DNA of 63,255 nucleotides, the filler included. It is 5 parts of 5 records of this genome, joined end to end, with 100 filler letters (N's around TTAATTAATTAA, not from the genome) between each part and the next. Parts side by side here need not be neighbours in the genome. Positions count along the whole stretch, not along the records: positions 13,682 to 28,070 come from SRR20825019_2486; positions 28,171 to 44,557 come from SRR20825019_2495; 3 more parts are not named here. The stretch is one strand, 5' to 3'. A model generated the notes under the pieces. It searched no databases, was not told the DNA's origin, and worked only from the letters and a program-made list of their open reading frames with translations. Shown one piece after another: positions 27,384 through 38,082 of this stretch. Position numbers and translations under genes: made by a program. Every line of letters starts with the position of its first letter. Positions within the stretch are counted from its first letter, which is position 1.

Positions 27384-27442
27384 AGATGGCTATCGCGGAT
27401 TTGGCGGAACCGCCTCCATTGACCTCGAAGGGGTGTTGTATC

Positions 27443-28070
<628 letters not shown>

Positions 28071-28170
28071 NNNNNNNNNNNNNNNNNNNNNNNNNNNNNN
28101 NNNNNNNNNNNNNNTTAATTAATTAANNNNNNNNNNNNNNNNNNNNNNNNNNNNNNNNNNNNNNNNNNNN
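28071..28170. other. Artificial contig spacer
   Basis: N-run with TTAATTAATTAA. Confidence 0.99.
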
Positions 28171-28479
28171 GGTCAGCGTCGGGCGCACCTCGGTTTCCAG
28201 ACGGTGGGCAGACAGCGCCGCCTTGACCACATCCGCCTTGAAATCCGCCACCAGCGCATCGCTGGCGTGCTGCAACTGGCAGCCGCCGCAGCTTTTGTAA
28301 TGGCGACAGGGGGCCGCGACGCGGTCGTCCGACGGCACTTCGATGCGCACGTCGGTCAGTTGCGAGTCATTCAGCGTCCCGCTGACCACTTCGCCGGGCA
28401 ACGTGCGGGGGGCAAAAATCGGGCCTTCGGCAATGCCGTCGCCCTGATGTCCAAGGCGGATGATTGTGTGTTGTGTCAT
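28171..28479 (-). CDS. RlmD/RumA-like RNA m5U methyltransferase, N-terminal part (truncated)
   Basis: IRLGHQGDGIA...LPGE, Fe-S motif CRHYKSCGGCQLQH. Confidence 0.88.
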
Positions 28480-28585
28480 AGCGCGTTCCTTAGCGCGAAG
28501 CGTCGCCACACAGAAGCCCCATCGAACAGTTGCACCCGTCGCGAATTTGGCAGACCAATACGCGACACACCCAAAGGACATCAAA

Positions 28586-29839
28586 ATGCCGTCACCGCTT
28601 GCCCCCCTGCTGGAAGACATCCGCGCCCGCTTTGCCCATGTCGATGAATGCCCCTTTGCCGGGCCGCGCATCTTTTTCGAAAACGCGGGCGGCGCGCTGA
28701 CACTTAAGTCGGCCGTCGAAACTTCGGCAAAGTTCGCAGCCATCCCCGACAACCAGGGGCGCGACAACCCGGCGGCCAAGGCGCTGATGGGCATCATCCA
28801 GACGGCCAAGGCGGATATGGCCACATTCTTTAACGCCCCCTCGGGCCAGTTCTTTGTCGGGGAAAGCGGGACCGAGCTGTTGTTCCGCCTGATCCGCACG
28901 GCGGTGATGGGGGCAAAGGGCACGGTGATCGGGTCCACCATTGAACACCCCGCCTCGCGCAGTGCCGCGCAGATCTGGGCGAAAAACGCCGGTGTAGACT
29001 ATATCAGCGTGCCCCATGACGCCGCGCGCGGGCTGGTCACCGCACAGGACTACGCCGCCGCGATGACGCCGGATGTGCGCGTCGCCACGATCCTGCACAC
29101 CTCGCCCGTGACCGGCATGGGTATGGACATTGCCGCCATTTCGCAGGCGATCCGCGCCGTGTCGCCCGATTGCCTGATCATCGTGGACGGCATCCAGCAC
29201 GCCAGCCATGGTGGCATCGACATCGCAGCCGCCGGCATCGACGGCTATGTGGTCAGCCCCTACAAGGTGTTCTCGCGTCACGGTTACGGCGTGGCCTGGG
29301 CCTCCGACCGGCTGAGCCAGCAACCGCTTGAGGCGTTGATGGGCGGGCCATTGGAAAACTGGGAAATGGGCACCCGCGACACAGGTGCCTATGCGACGTT
29401 TTCGGACGTGGTGGCCTATTTCGACTGGCTGGGCGGACAGGTGTCCGACGCCACCGACCGCCGCGCGCGGATCGAGGCGGCGGGCCATGCCATCCACGCC
29501 CACGAAAAACACCTGACCGACACCATGCTGAACGGCACCGGCAATCTGCCCGGCCTGACCGATCTGCCCGGCGTGCAGATCATCGGCGGCGAGGACAATC
29601 CGGCGCGCGAGGGTCTGGTTTGCTTTGCCATGGACGGAATGCCCGCTGCGGATATCGTCGCCCGCCTGAACGCCCAAGGCATCCGCACACATGTGCGCAA
29701 GGCTGACCACTATTCCGGCAACGTGCTGGACCCGCTGGACCTGCCCGCTGCGGTGCGCGTGTCGCTGTGCCACTATAATTCCGAGGCCGAAGTGACCGCA
29801 TTCCTGTCCGCCATGAAGAAAATGTCTGACGATGCTTGA
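28586..29839 (+). CDS. Class V PLP aminotransferase / cysteine desulfurase-like protein
   Basis: FFENAGG, IEHPA, VDGIQH, SPYK (PLP Lys), VRVSLCHYN; the SufS/IscS persulfide Cys motif is absent. Confidence 0.88.
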   Translation: MPSPLAPLLEDIRARFAHVDECPFAGPRIFFENAGGALTLKSAVETSAKFAAIPDNQGRDNPAAKALMGIIQTAKADMATFFNAPSGQFFVGESGTELLFRLIRTAVMGAKGTVIGSTIEHPASRSAAQIWAKNAGVDYISVPHDAARGLVTAQDYAAAMTPDVRVATILHTSPVTGMGMDIAAISQAIRAVSPDCLIIVDGIQHASHGGIDIAAAGIDGYVVSPYKVFSRHGYGVAWASDRLSQQPLEALMGGPLENWEMGTRDTGAYATFSDVVAYFDWLGGQVSDATDRRARIEAAGHAIHAHEKHLTDTMLNGTGNLPGLTDLPGVQIIGGEDNPAREGLVCFAMDGMPAADIVARLNAQGIRTHVRKADHYSGNVLDPLDLPAAVRVSLCHYNSEAEVTAFLSAMKKMSDDA

Positions 29840-30935
29840 TCGCAACGGCCCCCTGCGTGGACTGCGTGTTGTTGAAATGGCGGGGCTGGGACCTGCGCCC
29901 TTTGCCTGCATGATGCTGGCCGACATGGGGGCCAAGGTGATCCGCATCGCCCGTCCCGGACAGAAACCGATGTTCGGGATCGACCAAAAGCACAACCTGT
30001 ACGACCGCTCGCGCCAAAGCGTCACGCTGGACCTGCGCAATCCCGACGATCTGGCGCAGGCACAGGCGTTGATCGCCAAAGCCGAAGTGGTGATCGAAGG
30101 GTTCCGCCCCGGCGTGATGGAGCGGCTGGGCCTTGGTCCCGAACCGATGATGGCCGCGAACCCTGCGCTGGTCTACGGGCGCATGACCGGCTGGGGACAG
30201 GACGGACCGCTGCGCGACCGCGCGGGGCACGACCTGAACTATATGGCAATCTCCGGCGCGCTGTGGTCCATCGGTCCCGCCGACGCGCCCCCGCCCCCGC
30301 CGCAGAACATCATCGCCGATCTGGCGGGCGGCGGCATGATGCTGTTGGCCGGCGTTCTGGCCGCCGTGTTGCACGCGCGCGGAACTGGGCAGGGGCAGGT
30401 TGTCGATGCCTGCATGTCTGACGGCGCGGCGCTGATGATGGTGATGCAATATGGCCTGATGGCCGCAGGGGTGCACAACGATCAGAAACGCGGTGGCAAC
30501 ACGCTGAACGGTGGCATCGCCAGCTATCGTTGCTATGAAACCGCCTGTGGCGGCTATGTCGCCCTTGGTCCGCTGGAACCGCAGTTCTATGCCGAAATGC
30601 TGGCGCAACTGGGCCTGTCGGACGATCCGCGTTTTGCCGATCAATACGGGGCACAAGACGCCAAACATGCTGCGTTAGAGACGCTTTTCAGATCAAAACC
30701 CCGTAGCCACTGGCAAGACGTTCTGGAACGTGTAGATGCCTGTTTCGCCCCCGTCCTGTCCATGTCCGAGGCACCGGACTACCCCCATAACGTCGCGCGC
30801 GGCACCTTTGTGACGACCGACGGCATCATCCAGCCCGGCCCCGCCCCCCGTTTTTCCGCCACCCCATCCGACCCGCCGACCCACGGCGATGCGGGCATGA
30901 CGACCGTGGCGGATGTTCTGAAATCCTGGGCCTGA
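29832..30935 (+). CDS. CaiB/BaiF family III CoA-transferase (alpha-methylacyl-CoA racemase-like)
   Basis: GLGPAPFACMMLADMGA, EGFRPGVMERLGLGP, AGHDLNY, DLAGGG. Confidence 0.93.
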   Translation: MLDRNGPLRGLRVVEMAGLGPAPFACMMLADMGAKVIRIARPGQKPMFGIDQKHNLYDRSRQSVTLDLRNPDDLAQAQALIAKAEVVIEGFRPGVMERLGLGPEPMMAANPALVYGRMTGWGQDGPLRDRAGHDLNYMAISGALWSIGPADAPPPPPQNIIADLAGGGMMLLAGVLAAVLHARGTGQGQVVDACMSDGAALMMVMQYGLMAAGVHNDQKRGGNTLNGGIASYRCYETACGGYVALGPLEPQFYAEMLAQLGLSDDPRFADQYGAQDAKHAALETLFRSKPRSHWQDVLERVDACFAPVLSMSEAPDYPHNVARGTFVTTDGIIQPGPAPRFSATPSDPPTHGDAGMTTVADVLKSWA

Positions 30936-30974
30936 CAACTTGCCATTCGCTCGCCAAACTTCAAAGGTATCGCC

Positions 30975-32249
30975 ATGACACTTTCCCAACGTATCACCGA
31001 CAAACGCGATGACCTGATCCGGCTGACCCAGGACCTGATCCGCATCCCCACGCTGAACCCGCCGGGCGAGAACTATCGCGAGATCTGTGATTTTCTGGAC
31101 AAACGCCTGACAAAGCACGGCTTTCAGACCCAGTTGATCCGCGCCCACGGCACCCCCGGCGACAGCGAGACATATCCCCGTTGGAACATCGTCGCACGGC
31201 GCGACGGCGCGCAAACGGGCGAATGCGTGCATTTCAACAGCCACACCGATGTGGTCGAGGTCGGTCAGGGCTGGACCTTTGACCCCTTTGGCGGCGCGGT
31301 CGCTGACGGCAAGATTTACGGGCGCGGGGCCTGCGACATGAAGGGCGGGCTGGCCGCGTCGATCATCGCCGCCGAGGCGTTCATCGAAGAGCATCCGAAT
31401 TTTCAGGGCGCCATCGAAATCTCGGGCACCGCGGACGAGGAATCGGGCGGCTATGGCGGTGTTGCCTATCTGGCCGAACAGGGATTTTTCGACCCTAACA
31501 AGGTGCAACACGTCATTATCCCGGAACCTTTGCAAAAGGATCGCATCTGTCTGGGCCACCGCGGTGGCTGGTGGGCCGAGATCGAAACCAAAGGCGAGAT
31601 TGCCCACGGTTCGATGCCGTTCCTAGGGGATTGCGCCGTGCGCCACATGGGCGCCGTCCTGGCCGAATTTGAAACCAAACTGTATCCCGCGATGGCTGCG
31701 CGGTTCACCGAAATGCCTGTGGTGCCCGAAGGCGCACGGCAGTCGACGATGAACATCAACTCGATCCACGGCGGACAAAAGGAACAGACCGACGATTTCA
31801 CCGGCCTGCCCGCTCATTGCGTCCCCGACAGTTGCCGCATCGTGATCGACCGGCGCTATCTGGTCGAGGAAACGCTGGATCAGGTCCGTGACGAGGTCAA
31901 GGCGCTGCTGGAAGGGCTGCGCGAAACCCGGCCCGATTTCGAATACGAACTGACCGAGCTGAACAGCGTGATCCCGTCGATGACGGACAAGAGTGCCCCC
32001 GTTGTAGAGACTGTTGCGAAGGCAATCGAGGATGTGATGGGCAAACCGCCGACCTATGTGGCGTCGCCCGGGTCCTACGACCAGAAACACATCGACCGCA
32101 TTGGCAAGCTGAAGAATTGTATCGCCTATGGTCCCGGCCTGCTGGAACTGGCGCACAAGCCCGACGAATACATCGGGATCGACGATATGGTGGACAGCGC
32201 CAAGGTCATGGGCGCCGCGTTAGAGACGCTTTTGCTGCCCAAAGGCTAG
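30975..32249 (+). CDS. ArgE/DapE-family M20 deacylase
   Basis: HFNSHTDVV, GRGACDMKGG, ADEESGG, AHKPDE. Confidence 0.93.
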   Translation: MTLSQRITDKRDDLIRLTQDLIRIPTLNPPGENYREICDFLDKRLTKHGFQTQLIRAHGTPGDSETYPRWNIVARRDGAQTGECVHFNSHTDVVEVGQGWTFDPFGGAVADGKIYGRGACDMKGGLAASIIAAEAFIEEHPNFQGAIEISGTADEESGGYGGVAYLAEQGFFDPNKVQHVIIPEPLQKDRICLGHRGGWWAEIETKGEIAHGSMPFLGDCAVRHMGAVLAEFETKLYPAMAARFTEMPVVPEGARQSTMNINSIHGGQKEQTDDFTGLPAHCVPDSCRIVIDRRYLVEETLDQVRDEVKALLEGLRETRPDFEYELTELNSVIPSMTDKSAPVVETVAKAIEDVMGKPPTYVASPGSYDQKHIDRIGKLKNCIAYGPGLLELAHKPDEYIGIDDMVDSAKVMGAALETLLLPKG

Positions 32250-33445
32250 CCTTCGGCCGATACCCCGAAGATCGCGATGGCGATGCCCAGCACGGCAAGG
32301 GCGGCAAAGCCCACGGCCTTGGGCCGTCCGCCAGAGTTCTGCCATGCGCCAATCGCCGCAATCGCGGACTGTATCGCGTAGTACAGCGCAAAGGCGCGCG
32401 AGGCGTAGCTGATGATTTCGAACACGCTGGCGGCCCATGTCAGCGCCAGACCGATGGCAACCAGAACGGCATAGCCCTTACGCGTCGAGACACGCCCGCC
32501 GGTCAACTCGGCAATCAGCCCCCCGGACCCGCCGGTGTCCGCCACCGCGGCGCTGAACTGTGCGCTGATCGCCGCGGCAATCAGCAACAGCGGCAGAATG
32601 GGGGCGACAACCGCCATCAGGTCAATGATCGCCGTTTCGCTTAGGTGGCGTTCATCAGGCGGGATCGCATAGGTCAGCAATATGATGTACAGCAGGTAGA
32701 TCGCGGTCGACAGCCATTGTGCCAGCTTCATCGACCGTATCCGTTCGCTGGCACTGTAGTCCGCCCCCAGATAGCGCGAAGTTTCAAAGCCTTGGACGGT
32801 GACCAGAAGACCGGCGAAAATCATCAGCGCATGTATCCCGCCCACCTGTGCAGGCATTACCACCAGATCGCCGGCGACAGCGGTTTCGACAAAATACCAG
32901 GCCAGGCCGAACAGCAGCCCTGCGATAATGGCCAGTTTGACCCCGACCGACACCTGTTCGACACGCTCAAGCGCATGGAACCCTTTGGTCCAGCCGATGA
33001 TCAGGATCAGCACGAAAACCGCACTGGTCACCAGCTTGGCGTCGATGGCCGAATCGAACGGTGTCATGCTGACGGCAAACGCGCCCAGCAGGTTCAAATA
33101 GTAGGCGACGGAAATCACATAGGCAAAGGCCAGCGCCCAGGATGCAACCGTCTCAAGGCTGTTTTCCGTGCCGTTGCGCGTGGTTGTGTCATCGGACCGG
33201 CGCGCGATGTTGAACCGGATCGCTGCCCCAAAGCAGTAGGCCATCAGGCACAAAGCCAGCATGACCAACGGTGCGTATTTGCCATAGGACGTATCAAGGA
33301 TCGGACCCAGCACCAGAAAGCCGCTGCCGATGATCGACGCCAGCGGCGTAATCGCGGCGCGCCACAGTCGGGCCTGTGCCAGTTTCGGATACAGCAGCAA
33401 TGCCGCCGCCCCGACGGTCACCAGAACAATAAACGCATTCAACAT
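32246..33445 (-). CDS. APC-superfamily-like permease
   Basis: TPLASIIGSGFL, TVQGFETSRY; about 11 TM segments. Confidence 0.8.
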   Translation of the reverse strand: MLNAFIVLVTVGAAALLLYPKLAQARLWRAAITPLASIIGSGFLVLGPILDTSYGKYAPLVMLALCLMAYCFGAAIRFNIARRSDDTTTRNGTENSLETVASWALAFAYVISVAYYLNLLGAFAVSMTPFDSAIDAKLVTSAVFVLILIIGWTKGFHALERVEQVSVGVKLAIIAGLLFGLAWYFVETAVAGDLVVMPAQVGGIHALMIFAGLLVTVQGFETSRYLGADYSASERIRSMKLAQWLSTAIYLLYIILLTYAIPPDERHLSETAIIDLMAVVAPILPLLLIAAAISAQFSAAVADTGGSGGLIAELTGGRVSTRKGYAVLVAIGLALTWAASVFEIISYASRAFALYYAIQSAIAAIGAWQNSGGRPKAVGFAALAVLGIAIAIFGVSAEG

Positions 33446-33535
33446 GAGAGATACCTTTTTGATGAACTCATCGCACGACTGTCTTCATGCGAATGCGCCA
33501 GCCCTTGGTCTACATAACGCGTTTACGGCGCACGG

Positions 33536-34786
33536 CTAGAACGCAGTTTCCGAAGCCAGCGCCAAACCTTCGACAATGCCGGTCAATGCAGCACCACGAT
33601 GCACATCTGCCTGCGGAAACCGCTGCGTCAACGCGCCTTGGATCACCGCCATCAGGCTGGAACCCCCAACAAAGATAAGACGGTCGATGTTTTCCGGCAC
33701 CACCCCGGCCTGCTGCACCGCCTGCAACGCAGCCTCGCCCACCTGATCGGCCATATCGGCCAGCCCCGCCCACATCATCGCGGCGGGCAACGGGACGGAC
33801 AAACCCGGCTCTAACAAGCTCAGCTTGATCTCGGGCAAGGCGATGCCGCCGGGATCGTTCGCCGCGATCTTGCCCGCCTCGACCGCAAAGGCCAGATCGT
33901 GGCCCAATTCGTCCTCAAGCACGCGCACCAAACGGTCCAGCAATTCGGGCTGCACCGCGTGCTTCGCCAGATCCTGCGCGGCTCGGCGGCTGTCGGGGGC
34001 ATAGAGAAACGGGATTTTCTGCCAGGTCGCCAGATCGGTGAACAGCGCGCGCGGGGCGGCGTGGACCTGATCGCCAAAGGCGTGGCGAATGTCGCTGCCC
34101 AGCCCCAGATGCGGCATCACGTGATCCAGCGAAAGCCGCCGGTCGAAATCGGTGCCCCCCAAGCGCACGCCGTGGCTGGCCAGAATATCAATACCCGCAT
34201 CGTCCCCGTGCCGGAACACGGTAAAATCCGACGTACCCCCGCCAATGTCGACCACCAGCCCCAGATCGCCGTCCTGCAAGGCCGCACGACTGGCCAGCGC
34301 CGCAGCCTCGGGTTCCGGCATGAATTTGACCGCGTCAAACCCGGCCACCTGGTAACATTCCGTCAAATCCACCAATGCCTGTGCATTGCGTTCGGCATTG
34401 GCGCTGTGAAACAACACCGGACGCCCCGACAGCGCGGTGTTGAATGTCAGCCCGCTTTCCGCTTCGGCCCGCGCCTTGAGCGTGGCCAGAAACCGCGCCA
34501 CGATGGTGATGAAATCCTGCCGTTCGTTCAGCAACATCCGGCTTTCACGCATCAGCGACGTGCCCAGCAGGCTTTTGAGCGCACGCATATAACGCCCCTC
34601 GTCCCCCGCGATCAGTGCATCGTTGGCGGGGCGACCGTAAACCACCCTGCGTGCGTCGAAATCGAAAAACACCGCCGTGGGCAGCGTCTGTTCGCCCGGC
34701 TCCAGCGCGACCAGATGCGTCTGACCATCCACCGCATAGCCTGCTGCGGAGTTGGAAGTGCCAAAGTCGATGCCAAGGGTCGCCAT
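33536..34786 (-). CDS. Hsp70-family protein (YegD-like)
   Basis: LGIDFGTSNS, EPEAAA, VVDIGGGTSDF, GGTDFD, VGGSS; true start ATG 34786 (the 954-aa ORF is extended by shadow sequence). Confidence 0.92.
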   Translation of the reverse strand: MATLGIDFGTSNSAAGYAVDGQTHLVALEPGEQTLPTAVFFDFDARRVVYGRPANDALIAGDEGRYMRALKSLLGTSLMRESRMLLNERQDFITIVARFLATLKARAEAESGLTFNTALSGRPVLFHSANAERNAQALVDLTECYQVAGFDAVKFMPEPEAAALASRAALQDGDLGLVVDIGGGTSDFTVFRHGDDAGIDILASHGVRLGGTDFDRRLSLDHVMPHLGLGSDIRHAFGDQVHAAPRALFTDLATWQKIPFLYAPDSRRAAQDLAKHAVQPELLDRLVRVLEDELGHDLAFAVEAGKIAANDPGGIALPEIKLSLLEPGLSVPLPAAMMWAGLADMADQVGEAALQAVQQAGVVPENIDRLIFVGGSSLMAVIQGALTQRFPQADVHRGAALTGIVEGLALASETAF

Positions 34787-34915
34787 ATCGTCACCGCCTG
34801 AAAACAGAAGAAAGGCGCCGCCATAGCGCCTTGGCCTTGCGGGCGCAACACGGCGGTGCTGGTCAAAGCTCAAGGAACTGGCTAGCCTTTCAAAAAACCA
34901 ACCGGGAGTCTGAAA

Positions 34916-36394
34916 ATGTTTCACATCCGCTCGCTTTTGCTGGGGGTCGCATCCGCTGCGCTGATCGCAGGATCGGCCTTGGCCAAGGACGACATCGTTG
35001 TCGCGCTGCAGCTTGAGCCGCCGCACCTTGATCCCACCAGCGCAGCCGCCGGTGCCATCGATTCGGTGCTGTACTCGAACGTGTTCGAGGGTCTGACACG
35101 CTTTATGGGTGACGGGTCGATCGTGCCCGGTCTGGCCGAAAGCTGGGAGATTTCCGATGACGGCCTGACCTATACGTTCAAGCTGCACGACGGCGTGACG
35201 TTCCACGACGGCACCACGATGGACGCCGAAGATGTCAAATTCAGCCTGGACCGTGCCCGCGCCGAAGACAGTGTGAACGCACAAAAGGCGCTGTACACCG
35301 GCATCGCGAGTGTCGAGGTGATCGACCCGCTGACGGTCAAGCTGACCCTGTCCGAACCGAACGGCAGCCTGCTGTTCAACCTGGCATGGGGCGACGCGGT
35401 GATCGTGGCCCCCGAAAGCATCGAGAACATCAAACAGACGCCCATCGGCACCGGCGCGTTCAAATTCGTGAACTGGGTGCAGGGCGACAAGATCGAACTG
35501 GAACGCAACGACACCTATTGGGGTGACGCGCCCGCGCTGGCAAAGGCGACGTTCAAGTTCATCTCGGACCCGACCGCCGCCTTTGCTGCTGTGATGGCCG
35601 AGGACGTGGACGTCTTTGCGGGCTTCCCCGCCCCCGAAAACCTGCCGCAATTCGAGGCAGACCCGCGGTTTCAGGTGCTGATCGGCAGCACCGAGGGTGA
35701 AACGATCCTGTCCACCAACAACGCGCTGCCGCCCTTTGACAACGTCAAGGTCCGCGAGGCGATTGCCCATGCCATCGACCGGCAGGCGATCATCGACGGG
35801 GCCATGTTCGGCTATGGCACCCCCATCGGCACATTCTTCGCGCCGCACAATCCCGCCTATGTCGATCTGACCGGCCTGAGCGAATATGACCCCGAGAAAT
35901 CCAAGGCGCTGCTGGCCGAGGCAGGTTTTCCCGACGGGTTCGAAACCACACTGCACCTGCCGCCCCCGTCCTACGCCCGTCGCGGCGGCGAGATTGTCGC
36001 GGCACAGCTGGCCGAGGTCGGCATCAAGGCCGAGATCATCAACGTCGAATGGGCGCAGTGGCTGGAAACCGTGTTCAAGGGCAAGAACTTTGGCCTGACC
36101 ATCATTTCGCACACCGAACCGATGGACATCGGCATTTACGCCAACCCGGATTACTATTTCCAATACAACAACCCGGATTTCCAGGCGCTGATGACCAAGC
36201 TGAACGGCACCACCGATCCCGACATGCGCACGCAATTGCTGGGCGACGCCCAACGCATGATTTCCGAGGATTACGTGAACGGCTATCTGTTCCAGCTGGC
36301 CATGCTGTCGGTCGCCAAGGCCGACCTGCAAGGTCTGTGGACCAATGCACCGACCCAGGCCACCGATCTGACCGGCGTCAGCTGGGCGGACTGA
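34916..36394 (+). CDS. Peptide/nickel-type ABC substrate-binding protein (family 5)
   Basis: Signal peptide; PGLAESWEISDDGLTYTFKL..GVTFHDG, PIGTGAFKF, VREAIAHAIDR. Confidence 0.95.
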   Translation: MFHIRSLLLGVASAALIAGSALAKDDIVVALQLEPPHLDPTSAAAGAIDSVLYSNVFEGLTRFMGDGSIVPGLAESWEISDDGLTYTFKLHDGVTFHDGTTMDAEDVKFSLDRARAEDSVNAQKALYTGIASVEVIDPLTVKLTLSEPNGSLLFNLAWGDAVIVAPESIENIKQTPIGTGAFKFVNWVQGDKIELERNDTYWGDAPALAKATFKFISDPTAAFAAVMAEDVDVFAGFPAPENLPQFEADPRFQVLIGSTEGETILSTNNALPPFDNVKVREAIAHAIDRQAIIDGAMFGYGTPIGTFFAPHNPAYVDLTGLSEYDPEKSKALLAEAGFPDGFETTLHLPPPSYARRGGEIVAAQLAEVGIKAEIINVEWAQWLETVFKGKNFGLTIISHTEPMDIGIYANPDYYFQYNNPDFQALMTKLNGTTDPDMRTQLLGDAQRMISEDYVNGYLFQLAMLSVAKADLQGLWTNAPTQATDLTGVSWAD

Positions 36395-36412
36395 AAACAC
36401 TGACAGTGCGAC

Positions 36413-36439
36413 AAAGGGCGGCGATCACGTCGCCCTTTT
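36413..36439 (+). terminator. Terminator-like hairpin
   Basis: AAAGGGCGGCG-ATCA-CGTCGCCCTTTT. Confidence 0.7.
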
Positions 36440-36465
36440 CCTTTTCATCTCAAAGGAGATCGTCA

Positions 36466-36873
36466 ATGGACATCCACAAATTCGGCGCACGACCCCGCAC
36501 GCAAGCTCCGGCAGAGTATTTTACCGGCGATGTCTGGCAAGATCCGGTTGTCACCGCGCCCGAGCCTGCACGTCTGCGCGCGCTGATCGTGACCTTTTCC
36601 GCCGGTGCGCGCACGGCCTGGCATACGCATCCGTTGGGTCAGACCTTGCACGTGATGTCAGGCGAAGGGCGCATTGCCCTGCGCGGGCAACCGCCGCGCG
36701 TCATTTCGGCGGGCGATACCGTCTGGATCCCCCCGCACGAGGAGCATTGGCACGGCGCAGCACCTGACAGCGAGATGGTGCATATGGCGATGCAAGAGGC
36801 GCTGGATGGCACCGCCGCCGACTGGCTGGAACGTGTCAGTGACGCCGACTATGCCATTGCGCCCGCGGGCTAG
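36466..36873 (+). CDS. Cupin domain protein
   Basis: GARTAWHTHPLGQTL, EEHWHGA; AAGGAG RBS. Confidence 0.92.
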   Translation: MDIHKFGARPRTQAPAEYFTGDVWQDPVVTAPEPARLRALIVTFSAGARTAWHTHPLGQTLHVMSGEGRIALRGQPPRVISAGDTVWIPPHEEHWHGAAPDSEMVHMAMQEALDGTAADWLERVSDADYAIAPAG

Positions 36874-38048
36874 AGCCGCGCTGCCAGCCGTGCCACATCG
36901 GCCCGCACGCTGTCGCGCACCGGCCCGCCGCGCGGCACATCGCGCAGGGTGGTGAACCACGCCGGATCGGGATTGCGCCCCCGCGCATTGCCCTGAAACA
37001 CCAGCCCGCGCAGCACCTGTTGCGCGGCTTCGGGCAACACCGGCGGGATCGCGTGGCCGTTCAGCGTGGCCCAGACGCCTGTCCACAGCCGCCCCGCCGA
37101 CCACGGGTTATAGCCACCGCCGCCCAGCACCAGCAGGCGCGGCGCCATACCCATCAGCCCCGCCACGATCTGCCAATGGGCGTTGTTCGACAGGGACAGA
37201 TGCGACTGCGGATCATCGGCCACCGCATCGGCCCCGCATTGCAGCACAATCGCATCGGGACGAAACGCGGCGACCGCAGGCAGGATCAGCCCGTCACGGA
37301 TCAGCCCCATTTCGTCGTCGTTCAACAGCCGTGGCACCGGCAGGTTGAACACGTTGCCCGCCCCCTCATCCTCAAGCGCGCCAGTGCGTGGCCACAGACC
37401 GGCCTCGTGCACCGACAGCACCAGCGTATCGGGATCATCTGCAAACCCGTGCTGCACCCCGTCGCCATGATGTGCATCAATGTCGATATAGGCGATGCGC
37501 GCCGCCCCGTTGGCCCGCAGCGACCGGATTGCCAACACCGGATCGTTGAGAAAGCAAAACCCGCTGGCGCGGTCGGGCATTCCGTGATGGGTGCCGCCTG
37601 CGGGGTGAAACACCACGCCGCCCCCTGCCAGCAGCTCACCCGCCAGCAACGCCCCCCCCGCTGCGGTGGCGGGACGGCGGTACATCTCGGGGAACACGGG
37701 GTTGGACGGGGTGCCCAGATGGTGCCGCGCGCGCACGGCGTCGCTGACCGCCTGTTCGGCTTCGGCCCGCAGCAGGGCCGCGACATAGTCCGGCGTGTGC
37801 CAACCGGTCAGCGCGGCGGGCTTGGCACGCGGGCTGGTGACATAAACAGACCGTGGCAACCAGCCCAGCGCCCGCGACAAGTCCATCACCGTCGACACGC
37901 GTGGCACCCGCAACGGGTGCCAGCGCCCATAGGTCGAGGCACGGTAAATCTCGTGGCCGATGAACAGCGGGTGCGGCAACGGGGCGGTGGGCCGTAGGCG
38001 GGCGTTCAAAATGTCATCTCGGCATCCTTTGCGATGCCAAAGGTGCAA
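36870..38048 (-). CDS. acuC: Histone deacetylase family, AcuC-like
   Basis: GGTHHG...ASGFC, YIDIDAHHGDG, QCGADA..DDP, GGGGY; start uncertain. Confidence 0.85.
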   Translation of the reverse strand: MHLWHRKGCRDDILNARLRPTAPLPHPLFIGHEIYRASTYGRWHPLRVPRVSTVMDLSRALGWLPRSVYVTSPRAKPAALTGWHTPDYVAALLRAEAEQAVSDAVRARHHLGTPSNPVFPEMYRRPATAAGGALLAGELLAGGGVVFHPAGGTHHGMPDRASGFCFLNDPVLAIRSLRANGAARIAYIDIDAHHGDGVQHGFADDPDTLVLSVHEAGLWPRTGALEDEGAGNVFNLPVPRLLNDDEMGLIRDGLILPAVAAFRPDAIVLQCGADAVADDPQSHLSLSNNAHWQIVAGLMGMAPRLLVLGGGGYNPWSAGRLWTGVWATLNGHAIPPVLPEAAQQVLRGLVFQGNARGRNPDPAWFTTLRDVPRGGPVRDSVRADVARLAARL

Positions 38049-38082
38049 GGATCAGCCCGCAAAGGCAACCATACGCGCCGCA

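Noticed and set aside
34787-36400. Apparent 954-aa Hsp70 fusion
   Set aside because: The extension is the antisense shadow of the ABC binding-protein gene in GC-rich DNA.
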